From: an uncultured Acidobacteriota bacterium
Lineage (GTDB): Bacteria; Acidobacteriota; UBA6911; RPQK01; JAPXNP01
NCBI GenBank assembly: GCA_964484155.1
Contig: CAZAEY010000003.1
Coordinates: 25,196-62,005 of the forward strand
Direction of reading: 5' to 3'
DNA length: 36,810 nt
The notes under the pieces were generated by a model. It saw nothing but the letters and a program-made list of their open reading frames with translations, had not been told where the DNA came from and did no database searches. A program made the position numbers and the translations under genes. This document shows positions 18,116 through 31,284 of the stretch, piece by piece. The first letter of the stretch is position 1, and each line of letters begins with the position of its first letter.

Positions 18116-20574
18116 GGACCGTCCTCGCCGTCTTCCACTTGGTCTTCATCCTCAGTGACGAGCGTAATATCGGCGACCCGGTCATCCCTTTCCAGGTCGA
18201 TCAGTTTGACGCCTTGGGTCGCTCTCGACACGGTCTTTCGAATTTCCTGCGAGAGCAGGCGGATGATCTTTCCTTTGATCGTAATCAAGATCAAATCCTC
18301 GTCGCCCTCCACTAAGCAGGCTCCAACGACGGGTCCGTTTCTTTTACTCGTCTTGATATTGATCACTCCCTGACCCGCACGATGCTGCAGTCGATATTCG
18401 GAAAGCATGGTGCGTTTTCCGAATCCGTTGGCGGTGACCGTCAAAACCTCGCGCTCCTCGTCAGGAGCGACGCACATGCTGACGACCTCATCCCCATCCT
18501 TCAGCGAGATCCCGCGAACGCCGCGCGCCGTCCTGCCCATATGGCGCACATCCGCTTCCTTGAATCGGATCGCCTTGCCGCCGCGCGTGGCTAAGAGTAT
18601 CTGGTCCTCTCCGCTCGTCAGTTCGACTTTCAGCAGGCGGTCGCCTTCGTCCACAGAACAGGCAATGATTCCGGCAGCCCGAGGATTGGCGAAAGCCGAC
18701 AGCGGGGTCTTCTTGACGTAACCGTTCGCCGAGACCATCATCACGTACGCGTCCGCGTCAAAGCCTGCGACCGAAATCATGTCGGCCACCTTCTCTTGTT
18801 TGTCCATGGCTAGCAGGTTTACCAGCGGCTTGCCTTTCCCGGCGGCTCCAACGTCGGGGATCCGATAAACCTTCAGCCAGTAGATTCTCCCTACGTCGGT
18901 GAAGATTAGAATGTAGCTGTGGGTCGAGGCCACAAACAGATAGTCGATCAAATCTTCGTCTGTTCGAGTTGACATCCCCCTGCGACCCTTGCCGCCCCGG
19001 GCCTGGCTGCGGTAAACATCCAACGCGGTCCGTTTGATGTAGCCGGCGCGGCTGGCCGTGATGACAACGTTCTCTTCGGGAATCAAGTCCTCCAACGTCA
19101 CCTCGACCTGCTGATCCAACAGGACGGTGCGGCGCGGCGAGTGGTATCTCTGCTGGATTTCCACCAACTCGTCGCGGATGACTCCGCGCAGCACCTTTTC
19201 GTCCGCCAGGATTTCGCGCAATCGGCGAATCGTTTCGAGGAGTCCATGATGCTCCTCGGCAATCTTTTCCCGCTCCAGTCCGGTCAGCCGCTGCAGGCGC
19301 ATTTCCAGAATCGCTTGCGCCTGCTCCGGAGAGAACTCGAATCCGGAGGTCAGACCTTCCTTGGCTTCAGCCGGGGAACCTGAGGAGCGAATCAATTCGA
19401 TGATCTCGTCCAGCCGATCCAGGGCCATGCGCAGCCCTTCCAGAATATGAGCGCGCCTTTCAGCCTTCTCCAGGTCGAAAGCGGTTCGGCGACGGACCAC
19501 TTCCTTGCGATGCTGCAGAAACAGGCTCAAAATCTCCTGAAGCGGCAGAACCCTGGGTTGGCCGTCGGAAATCGCCAGCAGGATGACGCCAAACGAGGAC
19601 TGCAAAGGGGTCAGCTTAAAGAGATGGTTTCGAACGATCTCCGGCTCCTCTCCCCTTTTCAGCTCAATAAAGATCCGCATCCCCTCCCGACTCGATTCGT
19701 CCCGCAGATCCGAAATTCCCTCAAGCTTCTTCTCATGGACCAGCTGCGCGATTTTCTCGACCAGCCTCGCCTTGTTGACCTGAAAAGGCAGCTCCTCGAC
19801 AATCAGCGCCTTCTTGTCCGTTCCAGTTTCCTCGATGGAGGTTCTGGCCCGCATCTGCAGGATTCCTCGTCCGGTCTCATAAGCCTGGCGAATGCCTTCC
19901 TTGCCATGAATAAATCCCCCGGTCGGAAAATCGGGACCCGGCAACAGTTCCATGATTTCCGCCAGCGAAGCATCCGGACGATCCAGCAGAAGAATCAGCG
20001 CGTCGACGACTTCACTCAGATTGTGCGGGGGAATGTTAGTCGCCATGCCGACCGCGATTCCGGAAGTCCCGTTGACCAGAAGATTGGGAATCCGCGTGGG
20101 TAAGACGATCGGCTCAACCAGCGACTCGTCGTAGTTGGGCTGGAACTCGACAGTTTCTTTGTCAATGTCGGCCAGCATCTCTTCGGCTAATTGCGACATG
20201 CGAACTTCGGTGTAACGCATTGCAGCCGGGGAATCGCCGTCAACGGAGCCGAAATTGCCTTGACCGTCCACCAGCAGTTCGCGCATGGAAAAATCCTGCG
20301 CCATTCGAACGATCGTGTCGTACACCGCTGCGTCCCCATGCGGATGGTACTTCCCGATCACTTCACCCACTACCCGGGCCGACTTTTTGTGCGGCCGGTT
20401 GTGGACGTTGCCCAACTCGCTCATCGCATACAGGACCCTGCGATGCACCGGCTTCAAGCCGTCTCGCACATCCGGCAACGCCCGGCCGATGATGACCGAC
20501 ATGGCGTAATCCAGATAGGAGGTCTTCATCTCCTCTTCGATATCGATCGGGAGCTCTTTTCCTTTTGTTCCCAT
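18112..20574 (-). CDS. gyrA: DNA gyrase subunit A
   Basis: [39 protein letters not shown] catalytic Tyr, GyrA-box QARGGKG, beta-pinwheel CTD, acidic tail. Confidence 0.99.
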   Translation of the reverse strand: MGTKGKELPIDIEEEMKTSYLDYAMSVIIGRALPDVRDGLKPVHRRVLYAMSELGNVHNRPHKKSARVVGEVIGKYHPHGDAAVYDTIVRMAQDFSMRELLVDGQGNFGSVDGDSPAAMRYTEVRMSQLAEEMLADIDKETVEFQPNYDESLVEPIVLPTRIPNLLVNGTSGIAVGMATNIPPHNLSEVVDALILLLDRPDASLAEIMELLPGPDFPTGGFIHGKEGIRQAYETGRGILQMRARTSIEETGTDKKALIVEELPFQVNKARLVEKIAQLVHEKKLEGISDLRDESSREGMRIFIELKRGEEPEIVRNHLFKLTPLQSSFGVILLAISDGQPRVLPLQEILSLFLQHRKEVVRRRTAFDLEKAERRAHILEGLRMALDRLDEIIELIRSSGSPAEAKEGLTSGFEFSPEQAQAILEMRLQRLTGLEREKIAEEHHGLLETIRRLREILADEKVLRGVIRDELVEIQQRYHSPRRTVLLDQQVEVTLEDLIPEENVVITASRAGYIKRTALDVYRSQARGGKGRRGMSTRTDEDLIDYLFVASTHSYILIFTDVGRIYWLKVYRIPDVGAAGKGKPLVNLLAMDKQEKVADMISVAGFDADAYVMMVSANGYVKKTPLSAFANPRAAGIIACSVDEGDRLLKVELTSGEDQILLATRGGKAIRFKEADVRHMGRTARGVRGISLKDGDEVVSMCVAPDEEREVLTVTANGFGKRTMLSEYRLQHRAGQGVINIKTSKRNGPVVGACLVEGDEDLILITIKGKIIRLLSQEIRKTVSRATQGVKLIDLERDDRVADITLVTEDEDQVEDGEDGP

Positions 20575-20631
20575 GATTTCCGTCGTTTTATCAGCGGATC
20601 TCAGACGCCCGACCCGCTGACGGCCTGCGGC

Positions 20632-23217
<2,586 letters not shown>

Positions 23218-23264
23218 TCAGGGGCTGAAAATTGGGGTTTTCTTTTCCCTGTCAGGGATCTGCA

Positions 23265-23273
23265 AGTATACCA
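23265..23273 (-). promoter_or_regulatory. Extended -10 element of the gyrB promoter
   Basis: Minus strand TGgTATACT; no convincing -35. Confidence 0.55.
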
Positions 23274-23300
23274 TAAAAGCTCTGCTTGAAACGATCTTCT

Positions 23301-23347
23301 GGGCCATATATGGTATTAGATGGTTATCCCTATACCATATATAGTAT
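23301..23347. promoter_or_regulatory. Tandem NrdR-box-like operators upstream of gyrB
   Basis: gggCcAtATaTgGtat (23301-23316) and ataCcAtATaTaGtat (23332-23347) start 31 bp apart; NrdR consensus is acaCwAtATaTwGtgt. Confidence 0.65.
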
Positions 23348-23374
23348 GGGGCGGGATGGCGAGTCGTGAGCGGA

Positions 23375-24481
23375 CTAAATCTTCATCGGCATAACGACGT
23401 AATAGTAGTCGAAGCCGTCGGATTCGGATGGGCGAAAGAGCCCTTGAGTCTCCTGGTCGCGCAGTTGGAGCAGCACCCGTTCGGTCTCCAATACAGCCAG
23501 AAAATCGAGCAGATATCTGGCATTGAAGCCGATTTCAAGTTGATCCCCCTGGTAGTCGGCAGGCAGCGATTCCTTCGCTTCGCCGAATTCGGCGCTCACC
23601 GAAGAGATGTCGACCTGGCCCGCGGAGAAAGCGAAGCGCACCGAGTGGGACTCTTCGTCGGCCATAACGGCTACCCGACGCAAAGCATCGGAAAATTCAG
23701 TGGTGCCGACGCTGACCTCTCTGTCGTTGCCTTTCGGAATGACCATTTCGTAGTTCGGGAACTGACCGGTAAGTATCCGCGAAACCAGGAGCCGATCTCC
23801 AACCCGGAAAAAGAGGTGGTTTTCACTGTTTCCGAATTCCACGATTTCAATCTCTTCGGACGAGAGCTTGCTGAGTTCTGACAGCGTCTTCTTGGGAACC
23901 AGCACGCGGACGTCCTCAGCGATCCCCTCGATTTTGCAGGCGTGCGTAATCAGAGCCAATCGATGACCGTCGGTGGTCACACAGGTCAGCTTATTCGGCT
24001 GAAGCAACAGGAGAGCCCCGTTCAACGTATAGCGGGACTCCTCCTGGGTGATTGCGAAAATCGTGTGGTGGATCATGTAACGCAGGGCCGCCGCCGGCAA
24101 AGTGACGGTCTCCACGTTAACTGCGGGGACTTCAGGGAAATTGTCCTTGGACAGGACCGCCAACTTGAATCGGGACCGCTGACACGTCACATTGATCCAA
24201 TCCTGAGAACCGGCTTTGAAATGGATGTCGGCCTCCGGCAGTAGCCGCACGATGTCTATCAGTTTCCGCGCGGAGACTGTGACCGCCCCGCTGACCTTGA
24301 TTTCGGCAGGGCTGAAGCATTGCACTGTCACGTCAAGATCGGTCGCGGTCACCGACAGGGAATTGCCGGTGGTTTCCAGCAGCAGGTTGGAGAGAATGGG
24401 TACTGTGGTTCGCCGCTCGACGACGCTCTGTACATACTGGAGTTCCGTCAACAAGTCACTCTTCTTTACGACAAAGTCCAT
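23375..24481 (-). CDS. dnaN: DNA polymerase III beta clamp
   Basis: ERRTTVPILSN, ATDLD, TTDGHRL, GQFPNY, GFNARYLLD, VVMPM. Confidence 0.99.
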   Translation of the reverse strand: MDFVVKKSDLLTELQYVQSVVERRTTVPILSNLLLETTGNSLSVTATDLDVTVQCFSPAEIKVSGAVTVSARKLIDIVRLLPEADIHFKAGSQDWINVTCQRSRFKLAVLSKDNFPEVPAVNVETVTLPAAALRYMIHHTIFAITQEESRYTLNGALLLLQPNKLTCVTTDGHRLALITHACKIEGIAEDVRVLVPKKTLSELSKLSSEEIEIVEFGNSENHLFFRVGDRLLVSRILTGQFPNYEMVIPKGNDREVSVGTTEFSDALRRVAVMADEESHSVRFAFSAGQVDISSVSAEFGEAKESLPADYQGDQLEIGFNARYLLDFLAVLETERVLLQLRDQETQGLFRPSESDGFDYYYVVMPMKI

Positions 24482-24497
24482 TCCGGCCTTCTCTGTT

Positions 24498-25817
24498 TTA
24501 TTGGATCGATGCGATCAGGCGGTCCAGCATGAGCTGCACTTTGCGGTCCTCGCTTCTCAGCTTTCTGACCTTTCGGATGGCGTGCAGCACCGTCGTATGA
24601 TGCTTGCCTCCAAACTCCTTGCCGATCTCCGCCAGCGAGTTTTCCGTAAGTTCCTTACTCAGAAACATCGCCACCTGCCTGGGCTCCGCTACTCTACGTG
24701 AATTGTTTTTTGCCTTCAAGTCGGCAACCTTCACCGAATAGTGGCTGGCCACCGATTTCTGGATGCAGCCGATGCTGATGACCCGGTTCTGGTTCTCCAG
24801 GATGTTTCGAAGGACTCGCTGAGCCAGAGCCAGCGAGATTTCTTCGCCAGTCAGGCTGCTGTAAGCGACCAGCCGCACCAGAGCTCCTTCCAATTCGCGC
24901 ACGTTGGACTTGATGTTGCCAGCGATAAAATGAACGACTTCGTCTTCCAAGGAGACTTGCTGCGCCTCGGCCTTCTTCTTCAAGATGGCGATTTTCGTCT
25001 CCAGGTCGGGCGGCTGCAGATCGGCGATCAGTCCCCATTCGAATCGGCTGTGAAGCCTCTCCTCCAGGGTCGGAATTTCCTTGGGCGCCGAATCGCTGGA
25101 AATGATGATCTGCTTTTGTGAATCGTACAGCTCATTGAAGGTATGAAAGAACTCCTCCTGCGTCCGCTCCTTCCCCGCCATGAATTGAATGTCGTCCATC
25201 AACAGCACGTCGATGTTGCGGTACTTTTCGCGAAACTGGATCATGTTGTCGAACCGGATGGACTGAATCAGTTCGTTCATGAAGCGTTCGGATGACATGT
25301 AGCTGAGACGCACTTCAGGATAAAGGGACTGGATGCGATGTCCGATTGCGTGCAGCAGGTGGGTTTTTCCCATTCCGACGCCGCCATAGAGAAACAGCGG
25401 ATTGTAGGCCCTGGCGGGCTGATCGGAAACCGCCAAAGAAGCGGCGTGGGCGAGTTGATTGCAGAATCCGACAACAAACGTGTCAAAGGTGTACTTCCCG
25501 TTGAACTTTCGGCCGACTTCCCGACGAGGCCTTAAGTGGCTTTTACCGGAAGAGGGGAGCGAACCCGAAGGCGCTCCGTCGCCCTCAGCAACGGAAAACT
25601 TGACGTTGAATCCCCCCAGACCGACTTCCTTCAACGCCTGATCGATGAGGTCGCCGTAATTCTCAGCAAGCCAGCACTGGAAATGCGAGTTCGGAACCTG
25701 CACGCAAAGATCCCGCTCTCCCTGACTGAGCAGCGCCGTCGGACGGAACCACATATCAAAATTCTGGCGCGACACGCGTTTTTCAACAATTGACAGCACC
25801 CTGTCCCACAGTTGCAT
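24498..25817 (-). CDS. dnaA: Chromosomal replication initiator DnaA
   Basis: YNPLFLYGGVGMGKTHL Walker A, DDIQF, QEEFFHTFN, RLHSRFEWGL, NVRELEGAL, FGGKHHTTVLHA. Confidence 0.99.
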   Translation of the reverse strand: MQLWDRVLSIVEKRVSRQNFDMWFRPTALLSQGERDLCVQVPNSHFQCWLAENYGDLIDQALKEVGLGGFNVKFSVAEGDGAPSGSLPSSGKSHLRPRREVGRKFNGKYTFDTFVVGFCNQLAHAASLAVSDQPARAYNPLFLYGGVGMGKTHLLHAIGHRIQSLYPEVRLSYMSSERFMNELIQSIRFDNMIQFREKYRNIDVLLMDDIQFMAGKERTQEEFFHTFNELYDSQKQIIISSDSAPKEIPTLEERLHSRFEWGLIADLQPPDLETKIAILKKKAEAQQVSLEDEVVHFIAGNIKSNVRELEGALVRLVAYSSLTGEEISLALAQRVLRNILENQNRVISIGCIQKSVASHYSVKVADLKAKNNSRRVAEPRQVAMFLSKELTENSLAEIGKEFGGKHHTTVLHAIRKVRKLRSEDRKVQLMLDRLIASIQ

Positions 25818-25945
25818 CTTTCCGACCTTTTATTCCCCTTGGACAATCCCGCAAAATGAGATCGAGGATTCCAAAATCTTAAAAACTGCGCCCGGCTCGA
25901 CAGACGCACCCCCCTCCTGCACCCTGCTTGCAGGTGGACTCACAC

Positions 25946-25977
25946 TTTTCCACCGTTTTTCCACAATCTGTGGAAAA
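25946..25977. promoter_or_regulatory. Cluster of DnaA boxes (dnaA autoregulation and/or part of oriC)
   Basis: TTTTCCACC (25946-25954, one mismatch), TTTTCCACA (25957-25965) and TGTGGAAAA (25969-25977) versus TTWTNCACA. Confidence 0.8.
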
Positions 25978-26036
25978 CTGGCTGTCCTGAACTTTTGTTT
26001 TTGGTTTCGGGAGCGAGCTCGACAAAAACGGCCTTA

Positions 26037-26065
26037 AACGTATCATGTAGCTTCCATCCCTTCAA
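26037..26065 (-). promoter_or_regulatory. Putative dnaA promoter
   Basis: TTGAAG (26060-26065), 17 nt, TACGTT (26037-26042) with an extended TG. Confidence 0.45.
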
Positions 26066-26507
26066 ACCCTTTTTTCAAGAATTTTTGATGAACGGCGCAA
26101 GTCGTTTTCCCGCAAACAGTTGCCGCCGCAAGGCTCGATTTCCCCTGACATTCCGTTGCAAATCTGTGAAATTCCAAGGGATTTCCATAGTTTCCAGCGC
26201 GCGGCGAAAATTGCGTCCAGGGAAGGCTGCAGTCCAAACATGGAATTTGGTCGTTTTCGTCGATTTTGACGCGAGTCTCGCCTTGGGCTGTGAGCGGAAT
26301 GGACGGTTTCGGCGAACTTTTCAGGCGGTCAATTGAAGGCTGGGAGGCTGGCTGCGCGGCGCCGCGGCCAGGGTTGGCGAAACGAGTTCGTCGAGGAGGT
26401 TTAGAGGGCGCGTGCGGCCGCTCCAGACGGGCAAGTTTGTGCGTTTCCGAACGGCGACCGGAGGGGATCCCCATACGGGGAAAGCCGAAATGGAAGGGCG
26501 AGGTCGT

Positions 26508-26789
26508 TCAGCTTCCGGAATTGACTAGTTCTTTGAGTTCTTTTCCGGGCTTGAAATAGGGGACGCTTTTAGCCGGAACGAAGACTTTTTCACCGGTCTT
26601 GGGATTCCGCCCTTGACGAGAAGCGCGCTTTCTCAGGCGAAAGCTGCCGAACCCTCGCAGCTCGACCTTCTCACCGTGCTGGAGAGAGTCTACGATGCTG
26701 TCCAGAACGGTTTGTACGATCACTTCAGCGTCCTTTTTACTGAGGTCACTGCCTTTGGCCACCTCGTCCACAAGTTCAGCTTTCGTCAT
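26508..26789 (-). CDS. ihfB: Integration host factor beta / HU-family DNA-binding protein
   Basis: MTKAELV, VELRGFGSF, GRNPKTGEKV, FKPGKELKE; classic position after rpsA. Confidence 0.9.
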   Translation of the reverse strand: MTKAELVDEVAKGSDLSKKDAEVIVQTVLDSIVDSLQHGEKVELRGFGSFRLRKRASRQGRNPKTGEKVFVPAKSVPYFKPGKELKELVNSGS

Positions 26790-28578
26790 CCTTCTTTTCT
26801 CCTTTGGCCTTTTCGGCTTTCTTGCGCAGTTCTCCGAGTTGAGCGCCGGCAATTTCGCCGATCGAAGTGGTCCCCGATTCAGGGGTGTAAGTCCAGCTTT
26901 CCGCCCTTTCGCCTTCTTCCGTCAAGGCGCGAATGGATAGGCCGATCTTGCGCTCCAGCAGATTGAGCTTGATGACCTTGAAATCCATCGTCTGGCCGAC
27001 CTCGAACTCCTTTTCGGGATCTTCCACTCGACGTGTGCTGAGTTCCGAGACGTGGCAGAGGCCTTCGATCCCCTCTTCTATCTCCACGAATGCGCCGAAG
27101 TTTGTCAGGCGGACGACTTTCCCCTGGACGACGTCGCCGACCTGGTGCTTGGAAAAGAACTCTTCCCAAAGGTCAGGCTCCAGCTGCTTGATTCCAAGGG
27201 AGAGCCGTTGATTGTCCGCGTCGACGTTCAGCACGACGGCCTCCACGTCTTGGCCTTTCTGCAACACCTCGGAAGGGTGTTTGATCTTCTTGGTCCAACT
27301 GAGATCGGAGACATGCACGAGGCCCTCGATGCCGGGCTCCACTTCGACAAAGGCGCCGAAATCGGTAAGATTGCGTACGACTCCGCTGATGATCGAGTTG
27401 ATGGCGTATTTCCCCTCCACTTCATCCCACGGATTCGGTTCGGTTTGTTTCATGCCCAGCGAGATCCGGCGGTTGCCGGCGTCAACGTCGAGAACTTCGG
27501 CCTCCACTTCGTCTCCAACTTCGACCATTCGGGACGGATGCTTCAGACGTTTGTTCCAAGTCATCTCGGAAATGTGGATGAGGCCTTCGACACCTTCCTC
27601 CAGTTCGACGAACGCCCCATAATCGGTGACGCTGACGACCTTGGCATTGACCCGCGTTGCGACCGGGTAATTTTTCGACGCCTCCAGCCACGGATCCTGG
27701 CTCAGTTGCTTGTAGCCGAGTGAAACCTTCTCCTCAAGCCGGTCGAACTTGAGAATCTTGACTTGGATTTCGTCTCCGATCTGAAACATGTCCGAAGGGT
27801 GGTTTACCCGTCCCCACGACATATCTGTGATGTGAAGGAGTCCGTCGATTCCGCCAAGATCGACAAAGGCGCCGTAATCGGTGAGATTCTTGACGATTCC
27901 GTTTACGACCTTGCCTTCTTCCAGGTTCTTGAGCGTTTCCTCTTTCAGCTTATAGTATTCTTCTTCAAGAACGGCCTTGCGGGACAGCACGATGTTTCCG
28001 CGGCGCTTATTTACTTTGATGACCCGCACTTCGATTTCTTCGCCCCTGAAGCTGTCCAGGTTGCGAACCGGATGCATATCCACCTGAGAGCCGGGCAGGA
28101 ACGCCCGGACACCGATGTCCACGGCCAACCCCCCTTTGATGCGCTCGATGACCCGGCCCGTCAGCACCGTCTCATCTTCGAACGCCTTCTCAATCGAGTC
28201 CCAGATCTTCATTCGCTCGGCTTTTTCGCGGGATAGGATGATCGATCCTTCCGTCTCTATGCTCTCCAGCAGCACGTCGACTCGATCCCCCGGCTTCACA
28301 TCCACCGCGTCAGAGCCTTTACGGAATTCGGAAAGCGGGATGACGCCTTCAGACTTGAACCCGACGTCCACGATCACGTGCGAATCGGTGACTTTCAGGA
28401 TCTTTCCGGAGATGACCTCTCCTTCGGTGAAATCCTTCAACTGAGAATCGTAGGCTTCCAGAATCGACTGGAATTCCGCGTCCCCGGGTTCTTCAATGAC
28501 CGGCTTTCCTTTGGCATCTTCCTCGGCGGGGGATGCGGACGTCCCCGCTTTGGCCGCGCTTTCAACAAGTTCTTCCAT
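26776..28578 (-). CDS. rpsA: 30S ribosomal protein S1
   Basis: Six S1 repeats (DVGFKSEG, AFLPGSQVD, YGAFVDLGGIDGLLHITDMSW, EGLIHISE, EGLVHVSD, EGLCHVSE). Confidence 0.99.
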   Translation of the reverse strand: MEELVESAAKAGTSASPAEEDAKGKPVIEEPGDAEFQSILEAYDSQLKDFTEGEVISGKILKVTDSHVIVDVGFKSEGVIPLSEFRKGSDAVDVKPGDRVDVLLESIETEGSIILSREKAERMKIWDSIEKAFEDETVLTGRVIERIKGGLAVDIGVRAFLPGSQVDMHPVRNLDSFRGEEIEVRVIKVNKRRGNIVLSRKAVLEEEYYKLKEETLKNLEEGKVVNGIVKNLTDYGAFVDLGGIDGLLHITDMSWGRVNHPSDMFQIGDEIQVKILKFDRLEEKVSLGYKQLSQDPWLEASKNYPVATRVNAKVVSVTDYGAFVELEEGVEGLIHISEMTWNKRLKHPSRMVEVGDEVEAEVLDVDAGNRRISLGMKQTEPNPWDEVEGKYAINSIISGVVRNLTDFGAFVEVEPGIEGLVHVSDLSWTKKIKHPSEVLQKGQDVEAVVLNVDADNQRLSLGIKQLEPDLWEEFFSKHQVGDVVQGKVVRLTNFGAFVEIEEGIEGLCHVSELSTRRVEDPEKEFEVGQTMDFKVIKLNLLERKIGLSIRALTEEGERAESWTYTPESGTTSIGEIAGAQLGELRKKAEKAKGEKKDDES

Positions 28579-28780
28579 TCAGTTCATAACCTCCAGTAAA
28601 CAGATTCGATTTGCCTTTGCAGTTTCTGGTTGGAAAAGGATTTTCAACCGCGTCCCGCCCGCAATCCCACTCTCGTCCGAATTCCTTGCGACAAGGGGAA
28701 GCAGGCATCGACCAGGAAAAGTGCAGTGGAAAAAAGACAAATTCGGCAAACCCTTTGCGGCTGAAATTTTTGAAGCCTCC

Positions 28781-28810
28781 TTTATATCGTTTTGCGGAAG
28801 TCCTTGTCAA
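28781..28810 (-). promoter_or_regulatory. Sigma70 promoter of rpsA
   Basis: TTGACA (28805-28810), 18 nt, TATAAA (28781-28786); implies a leader of about 200 nt. Confidence 0.6.
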
Positions 28811-29013
28811 GCTGCGCGTGTCCGAGGATTCGACCGAAATAGTCGGAATCTGGTAAACTATCAAGTTTCCAGCCGCGATACGGCATCCGAATCGGCCACG
28901 GGGATGCCAGACGGACCGGCTCGCGAGGGAGCCTTGGCGCGTCACCGGAAGGCAGTTGTCGGATTCGAGCAATTCTTGATGTTTTTGTGAAGGTAAGAGA
29001 AAGGTCGAAACAG

Positions 29014-29235
29014 ATGAAGCCAGAAATTCATCCTAGTTATGAAACGATTCAGGTCACATGCACGTGCGGCGCCGCCTGGGAGACCCGTTCCACGCGGGGC
29101 GAGGACATTCGATTGGAAATCTGTTCCAGCTGTCACCCGTTCTTTACTGGGAAGCAGAGGCTCGTTGACACCGCCGGGCGGGTGGAACGCTTCCAGCGCA
29201 AGTACGGTCTGCTGAAAGACAAGAAGAAGAAATAA
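29014..29235 (+). CDS. rpmE: 50S ribosomal protein L31 (zinc-binding type A)
   Basis: [38 protein letters not shown]. Confidence 0.98.
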   Translation: MKPEIHPSYETIQVTCTCGAAWETRSTRGEDIRLEICSSCHPFFTGKQRLVDTAGRVERFQRKYGLLKDKKKK

Positions 29236-29268
29236 TTCATTAATTCGAATTATGGCGGTCTCTCTTCC

Positions 29269-30342
29269 ATGTTTGAAAAACTGGCTTCTTTAGAGCAGAA
29301 GTATCACGACTTGTCCAGGCAGATGGCGGAGCCGGATGTCGCGGCTTCTCCGGACAGATACCGGAAGATCGCCCAGGCTCAAAAGGAATTGAAAGAGATC
29401 GTTGAGCGGTATCAAGAGTTCAACTCCATCCAGCAGGGAATCGAGGGAGCCAGGACGATCCTCGATCAAGAGGATGACGAGGAGCTTCTTGAGATGGCTC
29501 AGCTCGAGTTGGAGGAGTTGCAGGAGAGGAAAGAGAACTGCGAGGCGGCTTTGAAGCTCCTGCTGATCCCCAGAGATCCGAACGACGCCAAAAACGTGAT
29601 CTTGGAGATTCGCGCCGGTACGGGGGGCAGCGAGGCGACGCTGTTTGCCCAGGAAATTCTCCGGATGTATCTCCGCTATGCGGAAGGACGCCGCTGGAAA
29701 GTGGAGATGCTGTCGTCCCATCCATCTTCGGTGGGGGGGCTGAAGGAGGCGATCATTCTGATCAGCGGGGATCACGTGTACAGTCGGCTGAAGTTTGAAA
29801 GCGGCGTACATCGAGTCCAAAGGGTTCCTGAAACCGAGACGCAGGGCAGAGTCCACACCTCCGCGGTCACCGTGGCGGTCTTGCCGGAGGCCGACGAAGT
29901 GGAGGTCGAGATCGATCCGGGCGAATTGCGCATCGACACCTATTGTTCTTCGGGACCCGGCGGACAGTCGGTCAATACGACTTACTCGGCGGTGCGCATT
30001 ACCCACCTGCCCACCGGAGAAGTCGTCACCTGTCAAGACGAAAAGTCCCAGATCAAGAACAAGGCGAAGGCAATGAAGGTTCTTCGCTCCAGATTGTACG
30101 AGAGGGCGTTGATGGAGCAGCGGGAATCGATCGCCGAGGACCGTCGCGCCATGGTGGGCAGCGGGGATCGCAGCGAAAAGATTCGAACCTATAACTTCCC
30201 GCAGAACCGCGTGACGGACCATCGCATCGGGATGACCCTGCACCAGTTGGACAGCGTCATGGAAGGCGACCTCGATGAGTTTATCGATTCCTTGACCACT
30301 TCCAGCCAGGCGGATGCTCTGGAACGTCAAAGTGTCGCCTGA
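29269..30342 (+). CDS. prfA: Peptide chain release factor 1
   Basis: [21 protein letters not shown] (PxT, RF1 type), [25 protein letters not shown]. Confidence 0.98.
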   Translation: MFEKLASLEQKYHDLSRQMAEPDVAASPDRYRKIAQAQKELKEIVERYQEFNSIQQGIEGARTILDQEDDEELLEMAQLELEELQERKENCEAALKLLLIPRDPNDAKNVILEIRAGTGGSEATLFAQEILRMYLRYAEGRRWKVEMLSSHPSSVGGLKEAIILISGDHVYSRLKFESGVHRVQRVPETETQGRVHTSAVTVAVLPEADEVEVEIDPGELRIDTYCSSGPGGQSVNTTYSAVRITHLPTGEVVTCQDEKSQIKNKAKAMKVLRSRLYERALMEQRESIAEDRRAMVGSGDRSEKIRTYNFPQNRVTDHRIGMTLHQLDSVMEGDLDEFIDSLTTSSQADALERQSVA

Positions 30343-31216
30343 GGAGCCCCCTTCCGTTCAAGAGGCGATTGGCTGGGCGTCGAAACTTTTGAGCGGGGCC
30401 GGTTTGAGACATCCCCGTCAGGACGCTGAGCTGCTCTTATCGAGGGCGCTTTCCCGAGACCGCACCTTCCTGCATGCCCATCCGGAGCGGAAGCTGGATC
30501 CATCCTCCTGGAAGCGGTTTTCCGATTGGGTGGAGCGGCGGCGGCTGCATTTCCCCGTCCAGTATTTAACCGGAGAGCAGGAATTCTACGGCAGGCGATT
30601 CCGCGTTGCACCCGGCGTCTTTATCCCGCGCCCCGAAACGGAGCACCTGGTGGAAGAGGCTGTTCAGGCGGCCTGCGGGATCGAAAGTCCCTTTTTGCTC
30701 GAATTGGGAACCGGTTCCGGCTGCGTGGCGGTCACGCTGGCCCTTGAGCTGCCGCAGGCCCGAATCATTGCAACGGATGTTTCCGGAGAAGCACTCAGCA
30801 TTGCCCGCTCCAACGCCGTCGAACTGCAGTGCGCGCATCGAATTGAATTTCGCCTCAGTCACTGGTTTGAAGGCATTGACCCCCGCGCCGGTCGTTTCGA
30901 TCTGATCGTTTCCAACCCGCCGTACATCGGGAGTGAGCAACGGCAGTCGCTGGATCGTGAGGTCCGGGTATTCGAGCCCGATCAGGCTCTTTTCGCAGGA
31001 CCGAACGGTCTGCGGGCTTACGAAGCCATCCTGGACAGGGCAGCCGACTTTTTGAATGCAAATGGGAAGCTCCTGTTGGAGTTGGGGGCAGGACAGTATC
31101 CGGCGGTATCCCGCATGGCTGGCCGCAGCGGTTGGCTGGAGACCGGAGTCTGCAGAGATCTGGGGGGACGTTTCCGTTGCCTTTCGTTGACGATTGCGAG
31201 GCCGCCTCAAGCATGA
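30314..31216 (+). CDS. prmC: Release factor glutamine methyltransferase
   Basis: [33 protein letters not shown]; follows prfA; the true start may be GTG at 30332. Confidence 0.95.
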   Translation: MLWNVKVSPEEPPSVQEAIGWASKLLSGAGLRHPRQDAELLLSRALSRDRTFLHAHPERKLDPSSWKRFSDWVERRRLHFPVQYLTGEQEFYGRRFRVAPGVFIPRPETEHLVEEAVQAACGIESPFLLELGTGSGCVAVTLALELPQARIIATDVSGEALSIARSNAVELQCAHRIEFRLSHWFEGIDPRAGRFDLIVSNPPYIGSEQRQSLDREVRVFEPDQALFAGPNGLRAYEAILDRAADFLNANGKLLLELGAGQYPAVSRMAGRSGWLETGVCRDLGGRFRCLSLTIARPPQA

Positions 31217-31284
31217 GAAAGTGTTTCGCTCTCAAACCCGGCGCGCTGAAATGGCAACCTGGTTTTGCCTTATACTGAATGTAT

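Noticed and set aside
25995-26559. ORFs upstream of dnaA, checked for rpmH/rnpA
   Set aside because: No L34 (MKRT.QP) or RnpA motifs; most likely non-coding.
29290-30330. 346-aa ORF antisense to prfA
   Set aside because: Mirror-frame ORF of a conserved gene.
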